Of a stretch of 64,000 nucleotides of DNA, positions 28,974 to 46,575 are shown one piece after another. The notes beneath the pieces were generated by a model. That model was not told the DNA's origin. It made no database searches and worked only from the letters and a program-made list of their open reading frames with translations. The DNA is from the human T2T-CHM13v2.0 reference genome, Homo sapiens. The translations under genes and the position numbers were made by a program. The stretch lies in contig CP086569.2 of assembly GCA_009914755.4 (NCBI GenBank), forward strand, positions 28,640,001-28,704,000, written 5' to 3'. Each line of letters opens with the position of its first letter. Position 1 is the first letter of the stretch.

Positions 28974-31063
28974 ATATTTTTTAAATGAAAAAAAATTTCA
29001 AAGGTACTCTGCTTGGTACAATAATCAAATGTATAAACTGAGGAATAAAACATAACCATGAAACATACTTATAACTGCATATGGAAAATACAGAGGATAA
29101 TTTTTTAAATAACATATTTTGAAAGCCTTAACTAGTAATTTGAAGAGTTGGCATTTGAAAGGCCAGTATGAATATACCTTCAAAGCAGCAACACAGGTTC
29201 CCCATGAGAAAAAGCAAACTCAGGGAAAATAAAACCACAAACGTTCAATCTCTTCTGACCTTTGAAAGACACAGCACAGACAGTGGTCCTTAGGACGAAG
29301 AGCAGGAGACCCCTAATTCCGTCACCATGGCGATAGGGCATAAACATTGCTGGGTGAGGGCACAATCCACATTGTGAGGTCCAACTGCTGCCAGGAAGAC
29401 AGGAGTGCTTTTACATAGACCGAAATGTCATTGAAGGCTCAGAGTTTTGTTTCAAGAACTGAATCCCAAGCCCACACGTTATTATGCTGCGCTTCTTAAA
29501 ACAAGTTATGAGATGGGAAAAAGGGCACCCACAAACATAGGTATACATTATGTATATAATAATATACAGTATCATATATATAATACATATAACCTATGTA
29601 TAATATTGTTTTACATCCTGCATCTTATATTATATATGTTGTATAAAATATAATATTTGATAATATATAAGTTTTATATTGATACAATATGTCATATAGT
29701 ATATATTTTATTTTATGACATATATAATATATGTTATATATCATATATAGAATATATTATACGGTTAATATACGTATTAAATATAAATTATACATTATAT
29801 ATATTATATATTATATATCTGTTATATATAATACCCATTATACATAATATATATATTATGTCTATGTTATACATAGTATAAAACAACATACAGTAATATA
29901 TAATTGTATATATAAAATGTGACATATAATATATATTATATTTTATGACATATGTAATATATATTATATATTATATATAATACGTTGTATGTATAATACC
30001 TATATTAAATATATATTATATGACTATGTTGTTAATTACATGTCACATATGTTATATATTATATATTTTACATGGAATATACCGGTTACATATAATATAC
30101 ACTATGTTACCTATAATGTATAATTTATTACATGTAATATAATGAATGTCATATATTATATATAATTTATAATATTCAATATGTGGAATGTGATATATAT
30201 AACATATAATATATGATATACAGTATATGATATATAACATACAATTTATGATACCTTATATATACGGTATACAATATATATTTTACGATATGTATTCTAT
30301 ATGCTTTATATTCTGTTATATATAACTATTTAAAATTATATATAACTCTATAACATTTTATGTAAATATGTAATATAATATACATAACCATATAATATAT
30401 TATATGTAACTATATATTATGTTATATATACTTTTATAACAATTTACATAAAATATCATAATATAATATATATTATATTATTTCATATTACATAATATAT
30501 ATTACATATCACCCAATATAAGTAACACACACAATATTAAAATATAGATTATATTATGTTATATTAAATATCATATATATCATGTAACATATGTTCTATA
30601 ATATATACTATACATTATATAATATGTATGTTGTCTATTATGTGATATATATAACTATATATATAATTATATTATTATACATATAACTACATAAACATGT
30701 AATTCTATATATTTTCATTTATAATATCTAGAATTATATAATCATATATAATTATTTATATTCTATAAAAAATTATATCATTATATAAATTATAATATAT
30801 AAAAATTATAATATGTACTACAAATATATATATTATATATCATATATGATATAGTACCTTTGTTATATATCATATTACATATAAATGTGTATTATGTTAT
30901 CTATAATTATATATTTTCATATATAATATGTATAAAATGTATTATATATTTTGTATGTTATGTAATATATATAGTATATATAAGATGACACAGGTTAAAT
31001 ATTATATACTATGACATATAAAATATATGAGGTTATATGTTACATATAAGGCACAGCACATAA

Positions 31064-31383
<320 letters not shown>

Positions 31384-33500
31384 ATATTTTTTAAATGAAA
31401 AAAAATTTCAAAGGTACTCTGCTTGGTACAATAATCAAATGTATAAACTGAGGAATAAAACATAACCATGAAACATACTTATAACTGCATATGGAAAATA
31501 CAGAGGATAATTTTTTAAATAACATATTTTGAAAGCCTTAACTAGTAATTTGAAGAGTTGGCATTTGAAAGGCCAGTATGAATATACCTTCAAAGCAGCA
31601 ACACAGGTTCCCCATGAGAAAAAGCAAACTCAGGGAAAATGAAACCACAAAGGTTCAATCTCTTCTGACCTTTGAAAGACACAGCACAGACAGTGGTCCT
31701 TAGGACGAAGAGCAGGAGACCCCTAATTCCGTCACCATGGCGATAGGGCATAAACATTGCTGGGTGAGGGCACAATCCACATTGTGAGGTCTAACTGCTG
31801 CCAGGAAGACAGGAGTGATTTTACATAGACCGAAAGGTCATTGAAGGCTCAGAGTTTTGTTTCAAGAACTGAATCCCAAGCCCACACGTTATTATGCTGC
31901 GCTTCTTAAAACAAGTTATGAGATGGGAAAAAGGGCACCCACAAACATACGTATACATTATGTATATAATAATATACAGTATCATATATATAATATATAT
32001 AACCTATGTATAATATTGTTTTACATCCTGCATCTTATATTATATATATTGTATAAAATATAATAATTGATAATATATAAGTTTATATTTATACAAGATG
32101 ACATATAGTATATATTATAATTTATGACATATATAATATATGTTATATATCATATATAGAATATATTATACGGTTAATATACGTATTAAATATGTTATAC
32201 ATTATATATATTATATATAATATATCTGTTATATATAATACCCATTATACATAATATATATATTATGTCTATGTTATATATAGTATAAAACAACATATAA
32301 TAATATATAATTGTATATATAAAATGTGACATATAATATATATTTTATTTTATGACATATGTAATATATATTATATATTATATATAATACGTTGTAAGTA
32401 TAATACCTATATTAAATATATATTATATGACTATGTTATTAATTACATGTCACATATGTTATATATTATATACTTTACATAGAATATACCGGTTACATAC
32501 AATATATACTATGTTACCTATAATGTATAATTTATTACATGTAATATAAAGAATGTCATATATTATATATAATTTATAATATATAATATGTGGAATGTGA
32601 TATATATAACATATAATATATGATATATGATATACAGTTTATGATATATAACATACAATATATGATACATAATATATGTGGTATACAATATATATTTTAT
32701 GATATGTATTCTATATGTTTTATATTCTGTTATATATAACTATTTGAAATTATATATAACTGTATAATATTTTATGTAAATATGTAATATAATATATAAC
32801 TATATAATATATTATATATAACTATATATTATGTTATATATACTTTTATAACATAATTTACATAAAATATCATAATATAATATATATTATATTATTTCAT
32901 ATTACATAATATATATTACATATCACCCAATATAAGTAACATACATAATTTTATAATATAGATTATATTATGTTATATTAAATATCATATATATCATGTA
33001 TCATATATTCCATAATATATATTATACATTATATAATATGTATGTTCTCTTCTATGTGATATATATAACTACATATATAATTATATTATTATACATATAA
33101 CTACATAAACATGTAATTCTATATATTTACATTTATAATATATACAATTATATAATCATATATAATTATTTATATTCTATAAAAAATTATATCATTATAT
33201 AAATTATAATATATAAAAATTATAATATGTATTAAAAATATATATATTATATATCATATATGATATAGTACCTTTGTTATATATCATATTACATATAAAT
33301 GTGTATTATGTTATCTATAATTATATAATTTCATATATAAGGTGTATAATATGTATTATATATTATATATGTTATGTAATATATATAGTATATATAAGAT
33401 GACACAGGATAAATATTATATACTATGACATATAAAATATATGAGGTTATATGTTACATATAAGGCATAGCACATAACATGTAATATATATCATATATAA

Positions 33501-33756
<256 letters not shown>

Positions 33757-33780
<24 letters not shown>

Positions 33781-33815
33781 GGACAAGACTCTGTCAAAAA
33801 AAAAATTATATATGA
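33757..33815. other. Inversion breakpoint of the DYZ2-like array (head-to-head junction inside Alu-derived sequence)
   Basis: Left of ~33780 the repeat is in Alu-antisense orientation; right of it, in Alu-sense orientation. Flanks outside the Alu (33440-33500 vs 33816-33880) are reverse complements of each other. Confidence 0.85.
33781..33815 (+). mobile_element. Sense-orientation Alu 3' terminal stub (~25 bp + poly-A) abutting the antisense Alu across the inversion breakpoint
   Basis: atgtacaacaggacaagactctgtcaaaaaaaaaa matches the sense-copy ends ...ctgtgcaacaggacaagactctgtctaaaaaaaaa seen at 36190-36221 etc. Confidence 0.7.
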
Positions 33816-35923
33816 TATATATTACATGTTATGTGCTATGCCTTATATGTAACATATAACCTCATATATTTTATATGTCATAGTATAAAATATTTATCCT
33901 GTGTCATCTTATATATACTATATAAATTACATAACATATATAATATATGATACATATTATATATCTTATATATGAAATTATATAAATATAGATAACATAA
34001 TATATATTTATATGTAATATGATATATAACAAAGGTACTATATCATATATGATATATAATATATATATTTTTAGTACATATTATAATTTTTATATATTAT
34101 AATTTATATAATGATATAATTTTTATAGAATATAAATAATTATATATGACTATACAATTCTATATATTATAAATGAAAATATATAGAATTACAAGTTTAT
34201 GTAGTTATATGTATAATAATATAATTATATATATAGTTATATATATCACATAATAGACAACATACATATTATATAATGTATAATATATATTATAGAATAT
34301 ATGATACATGATATATATGATATTGAATATAACATAATATAATCTATATTTTAATATTATGTATGTTACTTATATTGGGTGATATGTAATATATATTATG
34401 TAATATGAAATAATATAATATATATTATATTATGATATTTTATGTAAATTATGTTATAAAAGTATATATAACATAATATATAGTTATATATAATATATTA
34501 TATGGTTATATATATTATATTATATATTTACATAAAATATTATACAGTTATATATAATTTCAAATAGTTATATATAACAGAATATAAAACATAGAGAATA
34601 CATATCATAAAATATATATTGTATACCATATATATTAGGTATCATATATTGTATGATACATATCATATACCGTATATCATATATCATATATTATATGTTA
34701 TATATATCACATTCCACATATTGAATATTATAAATTATATATAATATATGACATTCATTATATTACATGTAATAAATTATACATTATAGGTAACATAGTA
34801 TATATTATATGTAACCGGTATATTCCATGTAAAATATATAATATATAACATATGTGACATGTAATTAATAACATAGTCATATAATATATATTTAATATAG
34901 GTATTATACATACAACGTATTATATATAATATATAATATATATTACATATGTCATAAAATATAATATATATTATATGTCACATTTTATATATACAATTAT
35001 ATATTATTATATGTTGTTTTATACTATATATAACATAGACATAATATATATATTATTTATAATGGTTATTATATATAACAGATATTTTATATATAATATA
35101 TATAATGTATAATTTATATTTAATACGTATATTAACTGTATAATACATTCAATATGATATATAACATTTATTATATATGTCATAAAAAATAATATATACT
35201 ATATGTCATATTGTATCAATATAAAACTTATATATTATCAATTATTATATTTTATACAATATATATAATATAAGATGCAGGATGTAAAACAATATTATAC
35301 TTAGGTTATATGTATTATATATATGATACTGTATATTATTATATACATAATGTATACGTATGTTTGTTGGTGCCATTTTTCCATCTCATAACTTGTTTTA
35401 AGAAGCGCAGCATAATAACGTGTGGGCTTGGGATTCAGTTCTTGAAACAAAACTCTGAGCCTTCAATGAACTTTCGGTCTATGTAAAAGCACTCCTGTCT
35501 TCCTGGCAGCAGTTGGACCTCACAATGTGGATTGTGCCCTCACCCAGCAATGTTTATGCCCTATCGCCATGGTGACGGAATTAAGGGTCTCCTGCTCTTC
35601 GTCCTAAGGACCACTGTCCGTGCTGTGTCTTTCAAAGGTCAGAAGAGATTGAACCTTTGTGGTTTTATTTTACCTGAGTTTGCTTTTTCTCATGGGGAAC
35701 CTGTGTTGCTGCTTTGAAGGTATATTCATAATGGCCTTTCAAATGCCAGCTCTTCAAATTACTAGTTAAGGCTTTCAAAATATGTTATTTAAAAAATTAT
35801 CCTCTGTATTTTCCATATGCAGTTATAAGTATGTTTCATGGTTATGTTTTATTCCTCAGTTTATACATTTGATAATTATACCAAGCAGAGTACCTTTGAA
35901 ATTTTTTTTCATTTAAAAATTAT

Positions 35924-36277
<354 letters not shown>

Positions 36278-38336
36278 TCATATATTTTATATGTCATAGT
36301 ATAAAATATTTATCCTGTGTCATCTTATATATACTATATAAATTACATAACATATTTAATATATAATACATATTATACATCTTATATATATTAAATTATA
36401 TAATTATAGATAACATAATATACATTTATATGTAATAAGATATATAACAAAGGTACTATATCATATATGATATATAATATATATAATTTTAGTACATATT
36501 ATAATTTTTATATATTATAATTTATATAATGATATAATTTTTTATAGAATATAAATAATTATATATGATTATATAATTCTATATATTATAAATGAAAATA
36601 TAGAGAATTACATGTTTATGTAGTTATATGTATAATAATATAATTATATATATAGTTATATATATCACATAATAGACAACATACATATTATATAATGTAT
36701 AATATATATGATAGAATATATGTTACATGATATATATGATATTTAATATAACATAATATAATCTATATTTTAATATTATGTATGTTACTTATATTGGGTG
36801 ATATGTAATATATATTATTTAATATGAAATAATATTATGTATATTATATTATGATATTTTATGTAAATTATGTTATAAAAGTATATATAACATAATATAT
36901 AGTTATATATAATATATTATATGGTTACATATTATATTACATATTTACATAAAATATTATACAGTTATATATAATTTCAAATAGTTATATATAACAGAAT
37001 ATAAAACATATAGAATACATATCATAAAATATATATTGTATACCTTATATATTAGGTATCATATATTGTATGTTATAGATCATATACTGTATATCATATA
37101 TCATATATTATATGTTATATATATCACATTCCACATATTGAATATTATAAACTATATATAATATATGACATTCATTATATTACATGTAATATATTATACA
37201 TTATAGGTAACATAGTATATATTATATGTAACCGGTATATTCCATGTAAAATATATAATATATAACGTATGTGACATGTAATTAATAACATAGTCATATA
37301 ATATATATTTAATATATGTATTATACATACAACGTATTATATATAATATATAATATATATTACATATGTCATAAAATATAATATATATTATATGTCAAAT
37401 TTTATATATATAATTATATATTATTATATGTTGTTTTATACTATATATAACTTAGACTTAGTATATATTATGTATAATGATAATTATATATATCAGATAT
37501 ATTATATATAATATATATAATGTATAATTTATATTTAATTCGTATATTAAGCGTATAATATATTCTATATATGGTATATAACATATATTATATATGTCAT
37601 AAAATATATACTATGTGTCATATTGTATCAATATAAAACTTATATATTATCAATTATTATATTTTATACAATATATATAATATAAGATGCAGGATGTAAA
37701 ACAATATTATACATAGGTTATATGTATTATATATATGATACTGTATATTATTATATACATAAAGTATACGTATGTTTGTGGGTGCCCTTTTTCCCATCTC
37801 ATAACTTGTTTTAAGAAGCGCAGCATAATAACGTGTGGGCTTGGGATTCAGTTCTTGAAACAAAACTCTGAGCCTTCAATGAACTTTCGGTCTATGTAAA
37901 AGCACTCCTGTCTTCCTGGCAGCAGTTGGACCTCACAATGTGGATTGTGCCCTCACCCAGCAATGTTTATGCCCTATCGCCATGGTGACGGAATTAGGGG
38001 TCTCCTGCTCTTCGTCCTAAGGACCACTGTCTGTGCTGTGTCTTTCAAAGGTCAGAAGAGATTGAACCTTTGTGGTTTTATTTTCCCTGAGTTTGCTTTT
38101 TCTCATGGGGAACCTGTGTTGCTGCTTTGAAGGTATATTCATACTGGCCTTTCAAAGGCCAGCTCTTCAAATTACTAGTTAAGGCTTTCAAAATATGTTA
38201 TTTAAAAAATTATCCTCTGTATTTTCCATATGCAGTTATAAGTATGTTTCATGGTTACGTTTTATTCCTCAGTTTATACATTTGATTATTCTACCAAGCA
38301 GAGTACCTTTGAAATTTTTTTTCATTTAAAAAATAT

Positions 38337-38657
<321 letters not shown>

Positions 38658-40754
38658 TTATGTGCTATGCCTTATATGTAACATATAACCTCATATATTT
38701 TATATGTCATACTATGAAATATTTATCCTTTGTCATCTTATATATACTATATAAATTACATAACATATATAATATATAATACATATTATAGATCTTATAT
38801 ATGAAATTATATAATTATAGATAACATAATATACATTTATATGTAATATGATATATAACAAAGGTACTATATCATATATGATATATAATATATATATTTT
38901 TAGTAATATTATAATTTTTATATATTATAATTTATATAATGATTTAATTTTTTATAGAATATAAATCATTATATATGATTATATAATTCTATATATTATA
39001 AATGAAAATATATAGAATTACATGTTTATGTAGTTGTATGTATAATAATATAATTATATATATAGTTATATATATCACATAATACACAACATACATATTA
39101 TATAATGTATAATATATATGATAGAATATATGTTACATGATATATATGATATTTAATATAACATAATATAATCTATATTTTAATATTATGTATGTTACTT
39201 ATATTGGGTGATATGTAATATATATTATGTAATATGAAATAATATTTTATATATTATATTATGATATTTTATGTAAATTATGTTATAAAAGTATATATAA
39301 CATAATATATAGTTATATATAATATATTATATGGTTATATATATTATATTACATATTTACATAAAATATTATACAGTTATATATAATTTCAAATAGTTGT
39401 ATATAACAGAATATAAAACATATAGAATACATATCATAAAATATATATTGTATACCATATATACTAGGTATCATATATTGTATGTTATAGATCATATACT
39501 GTATATCATATATCATATAGTATATGTTATATATATCACATTTCACATATTGAATATTATAAATTATATATAATATATGACATTCGTTATATTACATGTA
39601 ATAAATTATACATTATAGGTAACATAGTATATATTATATGTAACCGTTATATTCCATGTAAAATATATAATATATAACATATGTGACATGTAATTAATAA
39701 CATAGTCATATAATATATATTTAATATAGGTATTATACATACAACGTATTATATATAATATATAATATATATTACATATGTCATAAACTATAATATATAT
39801 TATATGTCACATTTTATATATACAATTATATATTATTATATGTTGTTTTATACTATATATAACATTGACAAAACATATATATTATGTATAATGATTATTA
39901 TATATATCTGATATATTATATATAATATATATAATGTATAATTTATATTTAATACGTATATTAACTGTATAATATATTCTATATATGATATATAACATAT
40001 ATTATATATGTCATAAAATATAATATATACTATATGTCATATTGTATCAATATAAACTTATATATTATCAATTATTATATTTTATACAATATATATAATA
40101 TAAGATGTAGGATGTAAAACAATATTATACATAGGTTATAAGTATTATATATATGATACTGTATATCATTATATACACAAAGTATACGTATGTTTGTGGG
40201 TGCCCTTTTTCCCATCTCATAACTTGTTTTAAGAAGCGCAGCATAATAACGTGTGGGCTTGGGATTCAGTTCTTGAAACAAAACTCTGAGCCTTCAATGA
40301 ACTTTCGGTCTATGTAAAAGCACTCCTGTCTTCCTGGCAGCAGTTGGACCTCACAATGTGGATTGTGCCCTCACCCAGCAATGTTTATGCCCTATCGCCA
40401 TGGTGACGGAATTAGGGGTCTCCTGCTCTTCGTCCTAAGGACCACTGTCTGTGCTGTGTCTTTCAAAGGTCAGAAGAGATTGAACCTTTGTGGTTTTATT
40501 TTCCCTGAGTTTGCTTTTTCTCATGGGGAACCTGTGTTGCTGCTTTGAAGGTATATTCATACTGGCCTTTCAAAGGCCAGCTCTTCAAATTACTAGTTAA
40601 GGCTTTCAAAATATGTTATTTAAAAAATTATTCTCTGTATTTTCCATATGCAGTTATAAGTATGTTTCATGGTTATGTTTTATTCCTCAGTTTATACATT
40701 TGATTATTGTACCAAGCAGAGTACCTTTGAAATTTTTTTTCATTTAAAAATTAT

Positions 40755-41076
<322 letters not shown>

Positions 41077-43168
41077 TTATGTGCTATGCCTTATATGTAA
41101 CATATAACCTCATATATTAAATATGTCATAGTATAAAATATTTATCCTGTGTCATCTTATATATACTACATAAATTACGTAACATATATAATATATAATA
41201 CATATTATACATCTTATACATGAAATTATATAATTATAGATAACATAATATACATTTATATGTAATATGATATATAACAAAGGTACTCTATCATATATGA
41301 TATATAATATATATATTTTTAGTACATATTATAATTTTTATATATTATAATTTATATAATGATATAATTTTTTATAAAATATAAATAATTATATATGATT
41401 ATATAATTCTATATATTATAAATGAAAATATATAGAATTACATGTTTATGTAGTTATATGTAGAATAATATAATTATATATATAGTTATATATATCACAT
41501 AATAGACAACATACATATTATATAATGTATAATATATATTATAGAATATATGATACATGATATATATGATATTTAATATAACAGAATATAGTCTATATTT
41601 TAATATTATGTATGTTACTTATATTGGGTGATATGTAATATATATTATGTATTATGAAATGATATAATATATATTATATTATGATATTTTATGTAAATTA
41701 TGTTATAAAAGTATATATAACATAATACATAGTTATATATAATATATTATATGGTTATATATTATATTACATATTTACATAAAATATTATACAGTTATAT
41801 ATAATTTCAAATAGTTATATATAACAGAATATAAAACATATAGAATACATATCATAAAATATATATTGTATACCATATATATTAGGTATCATATATTGTA
41901 TGTTACATATCATATACTGTATATCATATATCATATAGTATATGTTATATATATCACATTCTACATATTGAATATTATAAATTATATATAGTATATGACG
42001 TTCATTATATTACATGTAATAAATTATACATTATAGGTAACATAGTATATATTATATGTAACCGGTATATTCCATGTAAAATATATAATATATAACATGT
42101 GACATGTAATTAATAAGATAGTCATATAATATATAATTAATATAGGTATTATACATACAACGTATTATATATAATATATAATATATATTATATATGTCAT
42201 AAAATATAATATATATTATATGTCACATTTTATATATACAATTATATATTATTATATGTTGTTTTATACTATATATAACATAGACATAATATATATATTA
42301 TGTATAATAGGTATTATATATAACAGATATATTATATATAATATATATAATGTATAATTTATATTTAATACGTATATTAACCGTATAATATATTCTATAT
42401 ATGATATATAACATATATTATATATGTCATAAAATATAATATATACTATGTCATATTGTATCAATATAAAACTTATATATTTTCAATTATTATATTTTAT
42501 AATATATATATAATATAAGATGCAGGATGTAAAACAATATTATACATAGGTTATATATATTATATATATGATACTGTATATTATTATATACATAATGTAT
42601 ACGTTTGTTTGTGGGTGCCGTTTTTCCCATCCCATAACTTGTTTTAAGAAGCGCAGCATAATAACGTGTGGGCTTGGGATTCAGTTCTTGAAACAAAACT
42701 CTGAGCCTTCAATGACCTTTCGGTCTATGTAAAAGCACTCCTGTCTTCCTGGCAGCAGTTGTACCTCACCATGTGGATTGTGCCCTCACCCAGCAATGTT
42801 TATGCCCTATCGCCATGGTGACGGAATTAGGGGTCTCCTGCTCTTCGTCCTAAGGACCACTGTCTGTGCTGTGTCTTTCAAAGGTCAGAAGAGATTGAAC
42901 CTTTGTGGTTTTATTTTCCCTGAGTTTGCTTTTTCTCATGGGGAACCTGTGTTGCTGCTTTGAAGGTATATTCATACTGGCCTTTCAAATGCCAACTCTT
43001 CAAATTACTAGTTAAGGCTTTCAAAATATGTTATATAAACATTATCCTCTGTATTTTCCATATGCAGTTATAAGTATGTTTCATGGTTATGTTTTATTCC
43101 TCAGTTTATACATTTGATTATTGTACCAAACAGAATACCATTGAAATTTTTTTTCATTTAAAAAATAT

Positions 43169-43490
<322 letters not shown>

Positions 43491-45566
43491 TTATGTAATA
43501 TGCTTTATATGTAACATATAACCTCATATATTTCATACGTCATAGTATATAATATTTACCCTGTGTCATCTCATATATACTATATACGTTACATAACATA
43601 TATAATATGGAATACATAGTATACATCTTATAAAGGAAAATATATAATTATTGATAACATAATACATAGTTATATGTAACATGATATATAACATATGTAC
43701 TGTATCACATATGATATATAATATATTTATTTTTAGTTCATATTATAATTTATACATATTATAATTTATATAATGATATAATTTTTTATACAATATAAAT
43801 ACTTATATATGACAATATAATTATATATATTATAAATGAAAATATATAGTATTACATGTTTTTGTAGTTATATGTATAATAACATAATTGTATATATAGT
43901 TATATATATCACATAACAGACAACATACATATTATATAATGTATAATATATATTATGATATATATGATATTTAATATATCATAATATAATCTATATTTTA
44001 ATATTATATATGTAACTTATATTGTGTGATATATAATATATATTATGTAATATAAAATAATATAATAAATATTATATTATGATATTTTATGTAAATTATG
44101 TAATAAAAATATATATATAACATAATATATAGTTATATATAATGTATTACATAGTTATATATATTATATTACATATTTACATAAAGTATTATACAGTTGT
44201 ATATAATTTCAAATAGGTATATATAACAGAATGTAAAACATATATAATACATATCATAAAATATATATTGTATACCTTATATATTATGTATCATATATTG
44301 TATGTTATACATCTTATATTGTATATCATATATCATATATTTTATGTTATATATATCACATTGCACATATTGTATATTATATATAATATATGACATTCAT
44401 TATATTATATGTAATAAATTATACATTACAGGTAACATAGTATATATTATATGTAACCAGTATATTCTATGTAAAATATATAATATATAACATATATGAC
44501 ATGTAATTAATAGCATATTCATATAATATATATTTAATATAGGTATTATACATACAACGTATTATATATAATATATAATATATATTATATATGTCATAAA
44601 ATATAAAATATATTATATGTCATATATTATATATACAATTATATATTATTATATGTTGTTTTATACTATATATAACATAGACATTATATATATATTATAT
44701 ATAATGTATATTATATATAACAGATATATTATATATATTATATATAATGTATATTTATATTTAATACCTATATTAACCATATAATATATTCTATATATGA
44801 TATATTATATATATTATATATGTCATATGGTATAATATATAATATATATCATATTGTATAAATATAATCTTGTATAATATCAATTATTATATTATATACA
44901 ATATATATAATATAAGATGCAGGATGTAAAACAATATTATACATAAGTTATATATATTATATATATGATACTGCATATTATTATATACATAATGTATACG
45001 TATGTTTGTGGGTGCCCTATTTCCCATCTGATAACTTGTTTTAAGAAGCGTAGCTTAATAACTTGTGGGCTAGAGATGCAGTTTTTGAAACAAAACTCTG
45101 AGCCTTCAATGACCTTTCGGTCTATGTAAAAGCACTCCTGTCTTCCTGGCAGCAGTTGGACCTCACAATGTGGATTGTGCCCTCACCCAGCAATGTTTAT
45201 GCCCTATCGCCATGGTGACGGAATTAGGGGTCTCCTGCTCTTCGTCCTAAGGACCACTGTCTGTGCTGTGTCTTTCAAAGGTCAGAAGAGATTGAACCGT
45301 TGTGGTTTTATTTTCCCTGAGTTTCATTTTTCTCATGGGGAACCTGTGTTGCTGCTTTGAAGCTATATTCATACTGGCCTTTCAAATGCCAACTCTTCAA
45401 ATTACTAGTTAAGGCTTTCAAAATATGTTATTTAAAAAATTATCCTCTGTATTTTCCATATGCAGTTATAAGTATGTTTCATGGTTATGTTTTATTCCTC
45501 AGTTTATACATTTGATTATTGTACCAAGCAGAGTACTTTTGAAATTTTTTTTCATTTAAAAAATAT

Positions 45567-45864
<298 letters not shown>

Positions 45865-46552
45865 TTATATATGATATATATTATATGTTATGTAATATGC
45901 TTTATATGTAACATATAACCTCATATATTTTATACGTCATAGTGTATAATATTTACCCTGTGTCATCTTATATATACTATATAGGTTACATAACATATAT
46001 AATATGGAATACATAGTATATATGTTATAAAGAAAATATATAATTATATATAACATAATATATAGTTATATGTAATATGATATATGGCATATGTACTGTA
46101 TCATTTATGATATATAATATATATATTTTTAGTACATATTATAATTTATATATATTATAATTTATATAATGATATAATTTTTATAGAATATAAATAATTA
46201 TATATGATTATATAATTATATATATTATAAATGAAAATATATAGAATTACATGTTTATGTAGTTATATGTATAATAATATAATTATATATAGTTATATAT
46301 ATCACGTAACAGACAACATACATATTATATAATGTATAATATATCTTATACAATATATGATACATTATATATATGATATTTAATATATCATAATATAATC
46401 TATATTTTAATATTAAAGATGAAACTTATATTGTGTGATATATAATATATATTATGTAATAGAAAATAATATAATAAATATTCTATTATGATATTTTATG
46501 TAAATTGTGTTATAAAACTATATATAACAAAATATATAGTTATATATAATAT

Positions 46553-46575
46553 ATTATATAGTCATTTATTCCTTT
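46553..46575. other. Abrupt DYZ2-like to DYZ1-like (reverse) satellite junction (right)
   Basis: ...aatatattatatagtca|tttattcctttccacacccagcctttccagtc. The DYZ2-like repeat ends at a phase ~660 bp away from that of the left junction. The HSat3 phase equals the reverse complement of ~2255 of the left-array unit. Confidence 0.85.
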